Below are positions 50,149-63,110 of a stretch of DNA of 64,000 nucleotides, piece by piece. The notes below the pieces were generated by a model, which was given only the letters and a program-made list of their open reading frames with translations, was not told where the DNA came from and searched no databases. The position numbers were made by a program, and so were the translations under genes. Origin of the DNA: Lama glama (lineage: Eukaryota); contig CM052816.1 in the NCBI GenBank assembly GCA_028534125.1, forward strand, positions 62,870,001-62,934,000, given 5' to 3'. Within the stretch, counting starts at the first letter, position 1. Each line of letters opens with the position of its first letter.

Positions 50149-50662
50149 GCACTAGTGCCCCTTGGTTCCTGTAAAATTAAGAACTTTCCCAGGGAAAGAG
50201 TAAAGGGGGCTTTTCATTTTCAAAGCACTGTTGAGAACTTTGCTGTGACAGGGCAATAGGGAAAACCTTTGGGTGGCAAAAGTAATCAATCATGGAAAAG
50301 GAGCTGGACAGGTCAATAAATGTAACACTGGCAAGCAGACTTTGATGTATGAGGGAATAACAAGCTCTAACTTCCTACAGTGCTGTGCTAGGTGCCTTGA
50401 TGGAAAACAGATGCATCATTCAATAGACTCCTTAGCATCGAATTACCATACATAACTGCTGCAGCCACTTTTCATTACTGACGACAGTCAGAAGTGCTGA
50501 GATGGGTCTATAATCAGTAAAGCGAGTGTCCTCATGGGAGAAGATGGAACGGTAATTTGAGGGAACCAGCAATCATTAGCTCCTATAACAGGCTCTGTCC
50601 TTCTGCTAGAGGTAATCACCTTTTTAAAATAATGATGGTGGAATGACAGGTATAGAGGAGTA

Positions 50663-50884
50663 CCGTTGTCCCTGGGTATCTGCAGGGCATTGGTCCCAGG
50701 ACCAGTGGCAGATACCGAAATCTACCAGCACTCAGGTCCACAGTCCACCTCCACGTATCTGCAGTTTCACATCTGTTGGTTCAGCCAGCTACAGGTCATG
50801 TAGTTCTGCAGTATTTATTGAAAAAAAAATCTGAGTATGAGCAGACTCGTGCAGTTTAAACCCATGTTGTTCAAGGGTCGATTG
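50663..50884. mobile_element. Tigger2/MER8-family TcMar MITE with TA target duplications
   Basis: TA|CCGTTGTCCCTGGGTATCTGCAGGG...GCAGTTTAAACCCATGTTGTTCAAGGGTCGATTG|TA. Confidence 0.85.
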
Positions 50885-51374
50885 TATATTGATTACTTTT
50901 TATGTCAAAATGAAAAATAAGGGAAGGACAGATGCCCATAGCTGAGGCATCAGGGGATGCAACATGCAACAGGAATAGTCAGGCAAAGGAACTGATTTTA
51001 TCTCTAAGACACTTCTTGAATATTGATATTTTTCATTTTCCATAAAATATACTGATAGGTGTGAAAATTTTAAAGTTGTCTTTTTTCATGTTTGTGACCC
51101 CCTCCTCCTGCATTGTTATTCTTAAATTAATGCCATTTTTACTTTTGTATTATAGCACAGTAGTTAAACCCCTTAAGTAGCTAAACACCTTTAATTGATG
51201 TGGAACTGCTCTAGATGTGACATATTGCAGTCCGGCAATATTATTTAGTTACCACCCCCTATGTCCAGGCACTGTATGAAAAAGATGAGGAAAATAAAAT
51301 GAAATCCAATGATACTCTTTTCTAATTCACTGGTTACTTTCCTCAGCCTGTAGACTGGCCTAAGCTTTCCTACC

Positions 51375-51800
51375 TGTGTGTGTCTGTTCAGGCTGCCATA
51401 ACAAAGTGCCACAAACGGGGGAGTTTAAACAGCATGTGTATGTCTCACAGTTCTGGAGGCCAGAAGTCAGAAATCAAGGTGTCCGCAGGTTTGGTCCCTT
51501 TGAGGGGGCTGTGAGAGGAGGATCTGTTACAGGCTTTCTCCTTGGCTTGTAGATGTCATCTTCCCCATATATTTCTTCATTTCTCTTCCTTTTATGCATG
51601 TCTATCTGTGCACAAAGTTCTCCTTTCATAAGGAGAACAGTCATATTGGAGTAGGGGCTCACTCTACTCCAGTATGACCTCATCTTAACTAATTATATCT
51701 GCAATGATTCTCTTTCCAAATAAGGTCACATTCTGAAGTATGGGAGGCTAAGACTTCCAACACGAATTTGGGGAGGGGGAATACAATTCAGCCCATAACA
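51375..51800 (-). mobile_element. MLT1B/C-like MaLR solo LTR
   Basis: GGCTGCCATAACAAAGTGCCACAAAC...TCTCACAGTTCTGGAGGCCAGAAGTC...TTTCCAAATAAGGTCACATTCTGA...CAATTCAGCCCATAACA. Confidence 0.9.
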
Positions 51801-51939
51801 CCAGCCTAGAAAATCTTATCATTCTTCGAACTTCTGTGCCAGTTCTCTATTTCCCATTAGTTCCAAACTTCTTGAAGATAAATATAATTATTAGATCTAC
51901 GATGTTCACCAAAGCATGCTCACATGCAGTTATCCCCTC

Positions 51940-52135
51940 TACCCTTTTATCCGTGTAGCAGTGCTCTGAGGTGTAGTACACAGGGAACAGTGGAATGATG
52001 TCACATCTTCAGTAAATAGGTGAAGTTTAAAGTTGGTATGATTAGACTGAAACCACTGGGCAAGTGGTTATGCCAGGACACAAACCCACGTTTTATGACC
52101 CCCCGGTTCCAAGATATTTCTAATATGTTATTCTG
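51940..52135 (-). mobile_element. MIR fragment
   Basis: CTCTGAGGTGTAGTACA...GCAAGTGGTTATGCCAGGACACAAACCCACG. Confidence 0.45.
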
Positions 52136-53120
52136 CCTCCACTCCCTTATCATTCATGCACATCTTGATTTCAGATCTTACAGTCCTTTCATTATTTTTC
52201 TGCCTCAGTTTTTCGTTCACATATTTTTTCAAAATGTTTGGTCTATAATACTGTGTCATAAAAGCAATGAAAGTTAATAGAAGTTTAAAAAAAAAACTTA
52301 GGTAAGATTCACATCAGTTCATGTAGCTTATTTTTAGGCCAGAAAGGATTATGATAAATTGCAGTACCGCACAACACATTATAAATTGCTTAGCACAAAA
52401 CCTCCTCAATTCTCTAACTCTTCCCAGCCATCTCAGACAAATAGCTTTTAATTTTATGGTCTATTAGAGAAAATATTTAAAAAATTATTTACCTGTACAC
52501 ATTTTAAATACACATTAACACTAAGCCACTGTGACCTTATTGCTTCTACAAAAAGCTGTGGTGTATATTTCTTCTAAATATCCAATAAAGTATATTTCAC
52601 CTAATATAAAACTATTCAGAGATCATCTACATGGGATAGGAGATCATGTAATGATTTCATTCAGTTTATCTGCTACCTCCAAAACTTTACAGGGAATCAG
52701 TAATGTCTGTAAAAAAATTTTTAAAGATATTTTATTCTCTTTTTTGTATTTTTGGGGAGAAGGTAATCCCTTCAAAACTTTCAAACTCATGAGTAAATAT
52801 TATAATTGTAAGTAAACTATGAAAATACCAAATTAGGCCCCCAAACTTTAAGAAGTAGAGATTGGGAAGATAGGAGGTCAGGAAGGACTTCTTTAAGCAA
52901 TAGCCCAAGTAAGTAATTTCTCATCGTATTATTTTGAAAACCTGGTATTATTGTACACTGTGTCAAGGACATGTCTTGGAGGATGATACAGTGCTGGCAG
53001 GAACTGTTTTAATTTTACTATTGTATTCCTAATATTTAGAAGAGTACCTTGGACATGTATTTACTTTTAAATATTTATTGAATGAATACATGAATGTGAA
53101 TGCTATAAAAAGTCTTCTTA

Positions 53121-54661
53121 GGAAAATTAACGTGATTAAAATGGCCATACTACCCAAGGCAATCCACAAATTTACTGTGGCCCCTATCAAAGTACCCATG
53201 ACATTTCTCAAAGAACTAGAACAAATAATCCCAAAATTTATACAGAATCACAAAAGACCCAGAATTACCAAAGCAATCCTGAAGAAAAGGAACAAAGCTG
53301 GAGACATAAGACTTGAGACAATACTACAAAGCTGCAGTAATCAAAACAGCATCACACTGACACAAAAACAGACATATGGATCAATGGAAGGGAATAGAGA
53401 GCCCAGAAATAAACCCACACATCTACAGTCAACTAATCCACAACAGAGGAGGAGGCAAGAATATACAATGGAAAAAAGATAGTGTCTTGAACAAGTGGTA
53501 TTGGGAAAGCTGAACAGCCTCATGTAAATCAGTCAAGTTAGAACACTCCCTCATACCATACACAAAAAATAAATTCAGTGACTTAAAGACTTTCACATAA
53601 GACAAGACACCATAAATCTCCTAGGAGAGAACATAGACAAAACATTCTCTGACATAAATCATATAAATATTTTTGTAGCTCAGTCTTCTAAGGCAAAAGA
53701 AATGAAAGCAAAAATAAACACTTGGGACTTAATCAAACTTATAAGATTATGCACAGCAAAGGAAACCATAAACAAAATGAAAAGATAACCTAATGACTAG
53801 GAGAAAATACTTGCAAACAATGTGACTGACAAGAGCTTACTTTCCAAAATATACAAACAACTCATACATGTCCATAACAAAACAACCAACCTAATCCAAA
53901 ATTGGGGCAAAAGACCTAAATAGACGTTTTTCCAAAAACATACACATAGCCAACAGGCACATTAAAAGATGCTCAACATCACTAATTACTAGAGAAATGC
54001 AAATCAAAACTACCATGATATATCACTTTACACCAGTCAGAATGATCAAAAAGTCTACAAATAATTCTGGAGAGGGTGTGGAGGAAAAGGAACCCTCCTA
54101 CACTGTTGGTGGAAATTTAAACTGGTGCAGCCACTATGGAAAATGGTGTAGAAGTTCCTTACGAAACTAAAAATGGAACTACTTTATGATCCAAGAATCC
54201 AACTCCTGGGCACATATCTGGAAAAGACAAAAATTCTACTTTGAATAGATACATGCACCCCAATGTTCATAGTAGCACTATGTACAATACCCAAGACATG
54301 GAAGCAACCTAAGTGTCCATCAACAAATGGATAAAGAAGATGTCTCCATCAACAGATGAATACACAAACACACAATGGAATATTACTCAACCATAAAAAA
54401 GAATGGAATATTGCCATTTGCAGCAACATAGATCAACCTAGAGAGTAAGATATGAAGTGCAGTAGTCAGACAGAGAAAGACAAACATTATATGATCTCAC
54501 TTATATGTAGAATCTAAAAAATAATACAAATAAACTTATTTAGGAAACAGAAACAGACTCATAGACAGAAAACAAACTTACGGTTACCAAAAGGGAAAGA
54601 GGAGGGCAAGGATAAATTAGGAGTATGGGATTAGCAGATACACACTACTATATATAAAATA
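53121..54661 (+). mobile_element. L1 ORF2 3' portion + partial 3' UTR (5'-truncated; 3' terminus missing)
   Basis: Encodes [32 protein letters not shown], then frameshifted [18 protein letters not shown] regions; ends at CTACTATATATAAAATA. Confidence 0.93.
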
Positions 54662-54779
54662 TATATAATTCTTTCATTCATTTGAAACAAACTTGACTTT
54701 CCAGTATAAACCAGATGCTGGGTTATTAGAGAAAGATAAGTCAACAGTAACAAATTGATGGTGGAGGTAAAGCATCTTC

Positions 54780-54890
54780 ACATATATTTATCATATATAT
54801 GCTATATAATATATTGGATATATGTATACATCCACATATTCACAGATATGTGTGTGTATGTAATATATATGATACACACACTTATGTAAA
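54780..54890. repeat. Degenerate (TA/TG)n low-complexity tract
   Basis: Directly visible. Confidence 0.8.
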
Positions 54891-55569
54891 TTACAATGAC
54901 AATGGAAAGTACCTAAAGAGACAGTAACATGGTGCTATAGGTGGAAAATGCAGTAGAAAAAAATCCTTTCAACTGGAAGCATACCTCATGCTGTTTTCAT
55001 TCCCTTGGCTCTTATTTAAATAGTGCGACTGATTCAAATGAATGAGCAGGTCAGTGTGAAAAATGCTGTTCAGCTGAGGTCTTTGCCTTTCTCCTTGGAC
55101 AGGTGCCAGAGAGGGGGAAAAAAAACATCAGAAAATTGATCTGCTCTAGACATCAGCTGCAGAGCCTTAAGCGTTCCTTGACCAGTCTGGCATTGAAAAG
55201 AATAAGTTTGAGAAAGAGATATTATCTCCGCTACCACATTCCTAAGCTGTGCTAAACTATCCAGCAGTATTAGATCTAAAACTCATGGTTTAGTTGAATT
55301 ACCTTTTCTCTTTTTTTGTTGTTTTTTGTTTAGTTTATATACACACACATATATTTGTGTACATATATATAATTAATATATAGTTACAAATAATAATGAT
55401 ATTATATATTATACATTGCATGTCTTATTGCCAATAAAACATTTAGAACAATCAAAATCAATTCAGCACTGTAAGAGGCCCTATTTGAATATGACATTAT
55501 CCAGGCAATACATAGAAAAGTTAAAAGGCTTAGTTATTACAATTTGAACTTCCATCAAATGGCATTTTT

Positions 55570-55735
55570 TGAGCATTATCTCTTTTGACCTTCACAAAAA
55601 TGTAGTGGAGATGTTGTCATTGACTTTTGTTACAGGTGAGGAGACAAAGGCTGTGAGTGGTTAGATGGTGTCCCCAAGGTCACATAGCTAATTGCAGGTC
55701 TCCAGTCAGTGCACTTCCCACTATACTATGACTAC
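55570..55735 (-). mobile_element. MIR SINE
   Basis: ATTATCTCTTTTGACCTTCACAA...TTACAGGTGAGGAGACAAAGGCT...CCCAAGGTCACATAGCTAAT. Confidence 0.75.
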
Positions 55736-56224
55736 ATCCTCCTGAAGAACTTTATGGGTCTTTTTGGTGGGATAAAGTGATCTGGAAAAGAAAGTTTTCA
55801 GAGCTCCTACATGTGTAACATCCAAAGTTCTTTGTTTGTTTTAGTTTTCCCAACTCCCAAACCAGGAATCATTCTTTTCCCCCACCTCCTACGTTAAATT
55901 CATGAGCGATTTCCCTCGGATTCGATATACATCTTGTATATATACAGTCATTTCCATACATGTCTATTGTTATAGCTTAGTCCTGGCTACCATCATCTCT
56001 TGCTTGGCTTCCAGTCTCCCTGTTTTCACTCTGGTGTGCATTTCTATGAAGGGTAAAATATGTGGAATTAAATTTATTTAAAAAAAACAAATTTAATTTC
56101 TGTAAGTAAATTATTTTAGCACTTCTTTTGAAGAAACCATTTACTTTATTATAACAAACAGGATATTTTCAAACACTAATGTCATGCATATAAATAATTA
56201 ACAGAAACAGGATTAAAGGAGTTG

Positions 56225-56254
56225 ATATCATGAAATATCATGAAATATCGTGAA
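56225..56254. repeat. 10-bp tandem repeat x3 (ATATCRTGAA)
   Basis: ATATCATGAA ATATCATGAA ATATCGTGAA. Confidence 0.9.
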
Positions 56255-57984
56255 AACATTACAAAATATATCCCCAAGAAACATCACTCTGGCTATGCTT
56301 AAGATTTTTCATCTGAGAGAGGATATGTCTCGGGTGATTAAGTCTAATAATATGATTTAGTTTTGCTACATAAAAATTTTACTCTGTAATACTGATGAAC
56401 AGACTTGCAAGGCAATTCAAGATAAGAGTGTGAGGTACTAGACTAGTATCCATTCTGTGACTGTTTCATTCCCACATCTTCTAATAAATGAAAAGAAAGA
56501 AAAAATGAGGTTTGCCCTCAGTTACCTGACAGCTGCAAGGTAGGCAGGCACTGACCAGTTCTCAAATACCATTGTTTCTCAGTATGTTAAACAAGCAGTG
56601 TTCTCTTTAGGGATACAATAAATCGATTATCTCAATCTGGTGAATGTCAGCAAAAGCAGCCTATGTGTCAACAGTTAGAAGTTGCTAGGGAGTAATAGTG
56701 TAGACTGTATATACTTTTTCCTCTATTTCTGAATTTCCAGGTATTTCTCCACACCCTTCTTTCTTGATGTGGAAAAGTAGACTTCGTTGATCTCATCATT
56801 TCTAGATCGGAGATCTTTAGCCTGAAAGTTTGTTGAAACTCTTAAAATAATCAGAGATATCTCAGGATATAAAGGAAACCAAAGGAAAGAAAAAAAGGAT
56901 TTGCTATCAGTGAGTGAAATGTCTTTCATTAAGTCTTCATAGAATGAAGCTAGATATTGTCATCAAGAAACAGAGAAGTATTTTAGTTTATAAATTACAT
57001 TGAAACTACTAGGCTCTGAAATATATGTGGGGGGAAGTCTAGGACACATGAATACTAGTTTGCCCTTAAAATGCTATTGCTAGATTACAAAACTTGGCAA
57101 AATCCCTGAGAAACCAGTGACAAGGAGCTAAATCAACAGTGCTTATCTTCCCAAAAACAGTTTTGGGGACCAGTGGCATTTGAAATGCATTACAGCTGCC
57201 TGCAATAATTGTCACCAAGCATAACTAGAGAACCAGTGCCCCAGACTGTGAAGATTTAAAGCATTTTCTTCTCACTCTTAGTGGAAGAGAGTTGAGCAAG
57301 GAAACTATCTTTTTATTATTAGCTAATGGAGTTTCTCAGGAACTACCAGAAAGATACAGTAAGTAAGGATTTTTTTTTCCCATTGCATTGACATGTATTT
57401 TTTGGTCCACATGAAGAATAACATTTCAAGGGATATACAGATATCAGAGACTGAATATATCTTATCCTCTATAAATTAGTAGCCAGAAGATGATGAAAAA
57501 TTCCAAGCTGAGATACCTATGTATATTTTAAAACATTTAAATGCTACTCAAACACAAATTTTATATATAAACCAGCAGGTCTCAGATCAGAAAGACTTCA
57601 GAAGAATCAGATAGTTTGGGTATCTTTTATCTAACTTTAAGTGATGTTTTGTTGAGATAAACTATCAGAAATTTCTCAGTAATATTAAAGTTATAAGACT
57701 CTATTGATTGACTTTAAGAGTAATAATCAAGGAATGAACTTCATTCACTTTCAGGGCCAAACTCCAAATACTTGCAAAGAAAATCCTGCCCTATTTTGAA
57801 CCTAGATATGCTCAGAACAGAATCAGTGAAGAAGCTGGGCACTAGAGTGCTTCAGCATACTTCCAAAGTCTACAGCCACCATTCTTATTTATTTTCCTTA
57901 AAAGTTTATGAAAAATTCAAAATCTGACACTTATTTCCAGATTTCTCTTTAGATATCATATAGTAATTACTTCCAGATCTCATT

Positions 57985-60835
57985 TTTAGTTTTTACTAAT
58001 CATATTTTGATTTATAATGAATAAAATGTATAAATTTTAAGTGCAAAGCTTGAAGAAATGTAGACATGATATAGCCACTACCCAAAATAAGAGAAAGAAT
58101 ATTTCTATCACCCCACAAAGCACCCTTGACTTTGTTCAACAGATCCTAGTTTATATCGCCATAAATTAATTTTGCCTATTACTGAATATCTTTAAGTGAA
58201 ATCATATCATGTGTACTCTTCTGTGCTTGTCTTCTTTCAGTCAACATGGTATTTTTGAACTCTACCTATGTATTACTGTGTATCAGTTTTGTACTGCTAA
58301 GTAGCGTCCCTTTGTAATGAATATCCAGCTTATGTATTCCTTCTCTTTTTGATGGACATTTGGGTTGTTTCCAGTTATAGACTATTATGAATCAAGCTGC
58401 TATGAATATTCTTGTATATGTCTTTCTGTACACATAAGATTTACTTATCCAATTCCTAGTGGTGAATTTGCTGTGTCATAGAGCATGTTTGTGTTAACTT
58501 GTAAGAAATGATGAGTTTATCAAAATGGCTATAGCATTTTACAATTCCACCAGCAATTTATGAAAATTTTCATTGTTCTCCATACGTGCCAACATATATA
58601 TATATATATACACACATATCTCATCAAAATTTTTAATATAACACATTCTACAAGATGTGTAACATTATCTCATTGTGGCTTCAACTTGTTTATCCCTGAT
58701 GAGTAATTATGTTGACCGAACTTTCATATGCTTATTGGCCATTTGGGAGTCTCCTTTTGTGAGGAATCTATGTGAATATTTTTGTCCATTGTGTTTTAGT
58801 TAGGGTGCTTGTTTTCGTGTAATTAATTTGCAGTGGTTTGCTATATATCCTGTGTATCAGTTCTTTGTTTCATATCTCATATGATGTACAGTCTGTGGCT
58901 TGGATTTTTCACTTTCCTAAATGATGTCTTTAGATAACAGAAGTTTTAAATTCTGATAAAATACAATTTATCATGTCATTTTATTTTATGGTTAGTATTT
59001 TTTCTGTTCTGTGTTAAGGATCTTTGCCTGCCTAAAGGTCATAAAAATATTCATCTGTTTTATTTCTAGAATATATGTACTTTTTACATTCAGCTGCAGT
59101 TAAATGATCCATTTCAGATTAATTTTTAAATATGGTATAAAGTACAGGTCAAGGTTTATTTTCTATTCATATGCACATGAATGTATATATGAGTGTGTAT
59201 GTGTACATACTCACTTTTCACACATCTACACACATAAGCACAGATACACTTGTTCCAGAGCCACTTATTGAAAATGCTTTATTTCACGTATTGAATTATT
59301 TTGCCATCAATGTGGTCTATGTCTGAACTCTGTTCTATTCATTGATCTATATAAGTATCACTGGGCCAATACATTATCTTAATTGTGGCTTTATAGACTG
59401 TCTGGAAATTATTTAATAGAAAACCTTCAATTATGTTTTTTCTCTTTTTCAACATCATTTTGGCTAAGCTCTTCGCACTTCAACATCAATTTTAGAGTTA
59501 GCTTGACAACATTTACAAAAGACAATCCTTTTGGGACTTTGAGTGTGATTGTATTAAATATGCAAATGAATCTGGGGGAAATTAGCATCTTAACAGTATT
59601 GAATCTTCAAATCCATGAACAAAAATGCCTCTCAATGTATTTAGATCTCCAATTTCTGTCATGACTTTTTTTGGTAGTTTTAAGTGTAGAAGTTCTACAT
59701 TTCTTAAAATTAAACTTGTGTTCATGTATTTGATGATACTGTAAATGAATTTTTTTTTCAGTTTCCAAATATTCATTGCAAGTATATAGAAATACATTTT
59801 TATTTGTTGTACACTTACGTTGATTCATGTATTTATTATATGTTTGTTTATAGATACTTACAGATTTTCTGTGTGCAAAATTATATTATTCATGTATAAA
59901 GATAATTACTTCTTTACATAATTTCAGATGTAGCCAAGTTTATGCTTACAATCTAGTTGTTTTCTACTCTTTGGGTAGTGTTATATTTATATTTGCTGTT
60001 AAGAATTGCAAATGCATCTTTAGCCAATCACAGCACATCTTAATATTCTACCACATACTATTTAAGAACCTTATAACAGTAAAACTGCATTTATCTTCCT
60101 TCCTACCTTTTATCTTATTATTGTCTTTATTTCTACACCTTATAAAATCTACTACACAATTGTAATTATTTGTGTCTTAAGCAATCATTAGTCTTTTAAA
60201 AAAACATATATGTCTACCATTTCCAGTAATGTTCATTTATCTCTGAAGGTCTAGGCTTCCATCTGGAATCATTGCTCTTGAGCTAAAAGAACTAATATTT
60301 CTTGTAATGCTAGCTACTGATCATAAATTTTTCAGCTTTTCCCAAAATTGTCTTTATTTAACCTTCAATTTTTGGAAGAAAATTTTCACTGGCTATGTAC
60401 TATATAGTTCTGTTTTCTTCTTTCAGCATTTTAAAGATGTTATTCCATTGTCTTCTGGGTTTTGTAGTTTAGGGTGAAAAGTCAGCAGTTATTTTTGTTA
60501 TTCTTTGGAATATGACTTTTTCCTCCAGTATATTTAAGATTTTCTCTTTTCCTCTGGTACATTTAAGGTTTTCTATTTAATTTTGGTTTTAAGCCTTTTA
60601 CCTAGTTTGTGCTTTGGGAAATCTTTGTATATATCCTGCTTGAGTTTCACCAAACTTCTGAATCCATGAGTTGATGTCTTCTATTAATTTGGGACAAAAT
60701 TTTGGCTATTATATCCCCAGATATTTTTGCTGTCATAACTCTCCTTTTCTTTTGAGTCTTTGATTGTAATTATATCTGTTCTACTGTCCTACAATTCTCA
60801 CGTGCTTCATTTTATATTTTACTCTTTTCCTCTGA
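57985..60835 (-). mobile_element. Long old L1M(C/E) remnant: 3' UTR, ORF2 pieces and upstream region
   Basis: TAAATTTTAAGTGCA...GATGGACATTTGGGTTGTTTCCAGTT...CCACCAGCAATTTATGA...AATCTGGGGGAAATTAGCATCTTAACAGTATTGAATCTTCAAATCCATGAAC...CAGCATTTTAAAGATGTTATTCCATTGTCTTCTGG; may be more than one element. Confidence 0.85.
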
Positions 60836-60866
60836 GTTGTAGCACTGGTAGTATATAACTTTAGAA

Positions 60867-61055
60867 CAGTTGTTCCTCAATAGGAAGTAATTTTGCCCCC
60901 AAGAGTACATTTAGTAATGTTCAGAGACATTATTGATTGTCATAATTGGGCAGGGTGGGTTACATTGCCTTAACAATTTATAATGTGCAGGACAGCTCTT
61001 CAAAACAACTAATTATCTGCTCCAGTGTCAGTAGTGTCCAGATTGAGAAACCCGG
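60867..61055. mobile_element. MER20 hAT-Charlie MITE
   Basis: CAGTTGTTCCTCAA...TTTTGCCCCCAAG...AGACATTATTGATTGTCA...CAGGACAGC...AATTATCTG...GATTGAGAAACCC. Confidence 0.85.
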
Positions 61056-61229
61056 AAATACAGCAATAGACTATTTTTATGCATCAGAAGACTGAAAATT
61101 GTAGAATGTTGGTGCATCCCAGATTGAAAGATTTAGTGCATCTTAGATCAAAATCCCAGCAGGATTTGTTGTTGAATTAGCAAGTTAATTCCAAATTTTA
61201 TAGGAAATGTCATATTTGGACCATTCATT

Positions 61230-62135
61230 TCTTTATAGATATTTTTTCTAAAAATTCTAATTTGGAGAAGAGAATGAGTACTATGTGTACTCATTTTAAA
61301 AACATTCTATTTAAAGGTCTAAATTGCTTGATTGCATATCTGACATCCCTCATTTCAAGTTATTTTTTTTTTCAAAAAAGATTAATGGGAGGTAACATTT
61401 TAGGGTTCAGTAAATTTTGACTAAGTATAGAGTTTTCCATAAATATTTGAAGGATTTGCTTTATTTTATTCTAGAATCTATTATTATTAATACAAGTGGA
61501 CAATACCAATCTGATTCCTTTTTTTTCGTGGGTAATTTGTTTCTTTCACTTATTCCTTTTTGTGGAAAATTATAGAGGTTTCCTTTTTCTTAGATGATCT
61601 GAAAATTCTTGAGCAGTGCCGTGTATTTTTATATTTATCCTGAATGAAATTCTCTGACTCTGTTTAATCTCAATATTTTTATATTTCTTCAGTTGTAAAA
61701 ACTTGTTATTTATGTAACTCTTTCCTTTATTTTCTATTGTGTCCCCTTTCTGGAACTCCTGTTATGAAAATTGGACCTCTTAAATTCATCCTCTACATTC
61801 CTCTTGTATTTTGCTTCTCATATATTGATGCTCTATATTCTGGGAAGTTTTTCAATAACTTTTGAAAAATTTTCTGTTTTATAATTTGTTTTTTATTTCA
61901 TCATCTGTGTATTATTCCAAAACTTCTTTCTTGTTCTCTGATTTTCTTTATAACCTTCCAATGTTAATAGATTAAATAATATCTCACAGCTGAGGGTTCT
62001 AATTAGAATATTTTAATGTTCTTTCATATTATCCAGATTATCTGTTTCCATCAGCACTAAGTCTTATGTTTATCTTGCTTAGAGCCTCTTATGTTACTAC
62101 CTGCTTTCCTCAAGTGTATGGTATTCCTTAGTTCT
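61230..62135 (-). mobile_element. Ancient L1ME/HAL1-like 5'/ORF1-region remnant
   Basis: T-rich strand with AATATTTGAAGGATTTGCT, CCAATCTGATTCC, TTTCTGGAACTCCTGTTA...TTGGACCTC. Confidence 0.55.
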
Positions 62136-62147
62136 CCATTTTCATAA

Positions 62148-63110
62148 ATTTATTCATTGAATAAATAATGATTGACTAGTTACCATGTGCCAATTATTGT
62201 TCTAGGTACTTAAAAGACATTAATGGGAATTACAAAGAAAGAAATATCCCTTCCCTCATTCAACTTACATTTTGAAGTGGTGGGAAGAAGGTAAACAAGA
62301 TCAGTAAATTAATTACATGGATGTGAAAAGATGATCAGAGCCATTGCCAAGAAAAGAAAAGAAAAGAAAAGAACAATTAGAAGAGGATAAGAGAGAGCGT
62401 ATTGGGGGTAGGGTGTAGACAACTTTAGATAAGATGATCATGATAGCTATGCTAATAACATTTAAGCAAAAGAATTCAGAAGTGAAGGCCATTGAGTATC
62501 TAAAGGCAATCACTGCAGACTAAAACAATAACCAATGAAAAAGCCAAAAGAAAAGAGCATTCCAAGTATGCTCAAGGAAGAGCAAGAAAGGGCCAGTGGT
62601 GAATTCAGTTGGCTCAGAGTAAGCAACATGGAGAGTCATAGGTGATGAAGTCTTAAAGGTAGTAGAGGACATGGTTTTGCATTATTTAGAAATATGTAGA
62701 CTATCATGATTATTATCTTTTATTTTTAGTGAAATGGGGAGTCATTGCAGAGTTTTGGGAAATGGTATGTATTACATATTTTAACAGAGCACTATGACAA
62801 GACCAATTAGGTACCGGAAATGAGAGAAAAAGTGCAGTAATACAATAGTCCAAATTTGTTTGTTTTGGCTCTTTGGTTTTTGTTGGTTGGTTGATTGATT
62901 GGTCTCGAGCAACTGGTAGAATGATGTTAGACGACTAGGGCAGGAGAGGTCTGAGGGAAAAATCAAGGGTTCAGTTGTGGACATGTTGATTTTGAGACGC
63001 CTGTCACGCACACTTTTTAAGCAGTTAGTTATATGAGTCTGGTGTGAAGGAGAGTTTTGTGCTGGAGATGTAAATTTGGGAGACATCAGCATGCAGAAAG
63101 CACGAAATCA
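62148..63110 (-). mobile_element. L2 LINE fragment
   Basis: TTTATTCATTGAATAAAT...CCATGTGCCAATTATTGTTCTAGGTACT...GTGAAATGGGGAGTCATTGCAGAGTTTT...GGACATGTTGATTTTGAGACGCCT...GCTGGAGATGTAAATTTGGGAGACATCAGCAT. Confidence 0.88.

Noticed and set aside
51645..51675. Hairpin TATTGGAGTAG...CTACTCCAGTA
   Set aside because: Lies within the MLT1 LTR, where a similar inverted repeat is part of the family sequence.
53078..53482. 134-aa ORF, and similar ORFs at 6148, 12779, 13455, 13697, 34069, 41988 and 59383-59828
   Set aside because: Fragments or antisense frames of decayed L1 ORF2 with frameshifts and stops.
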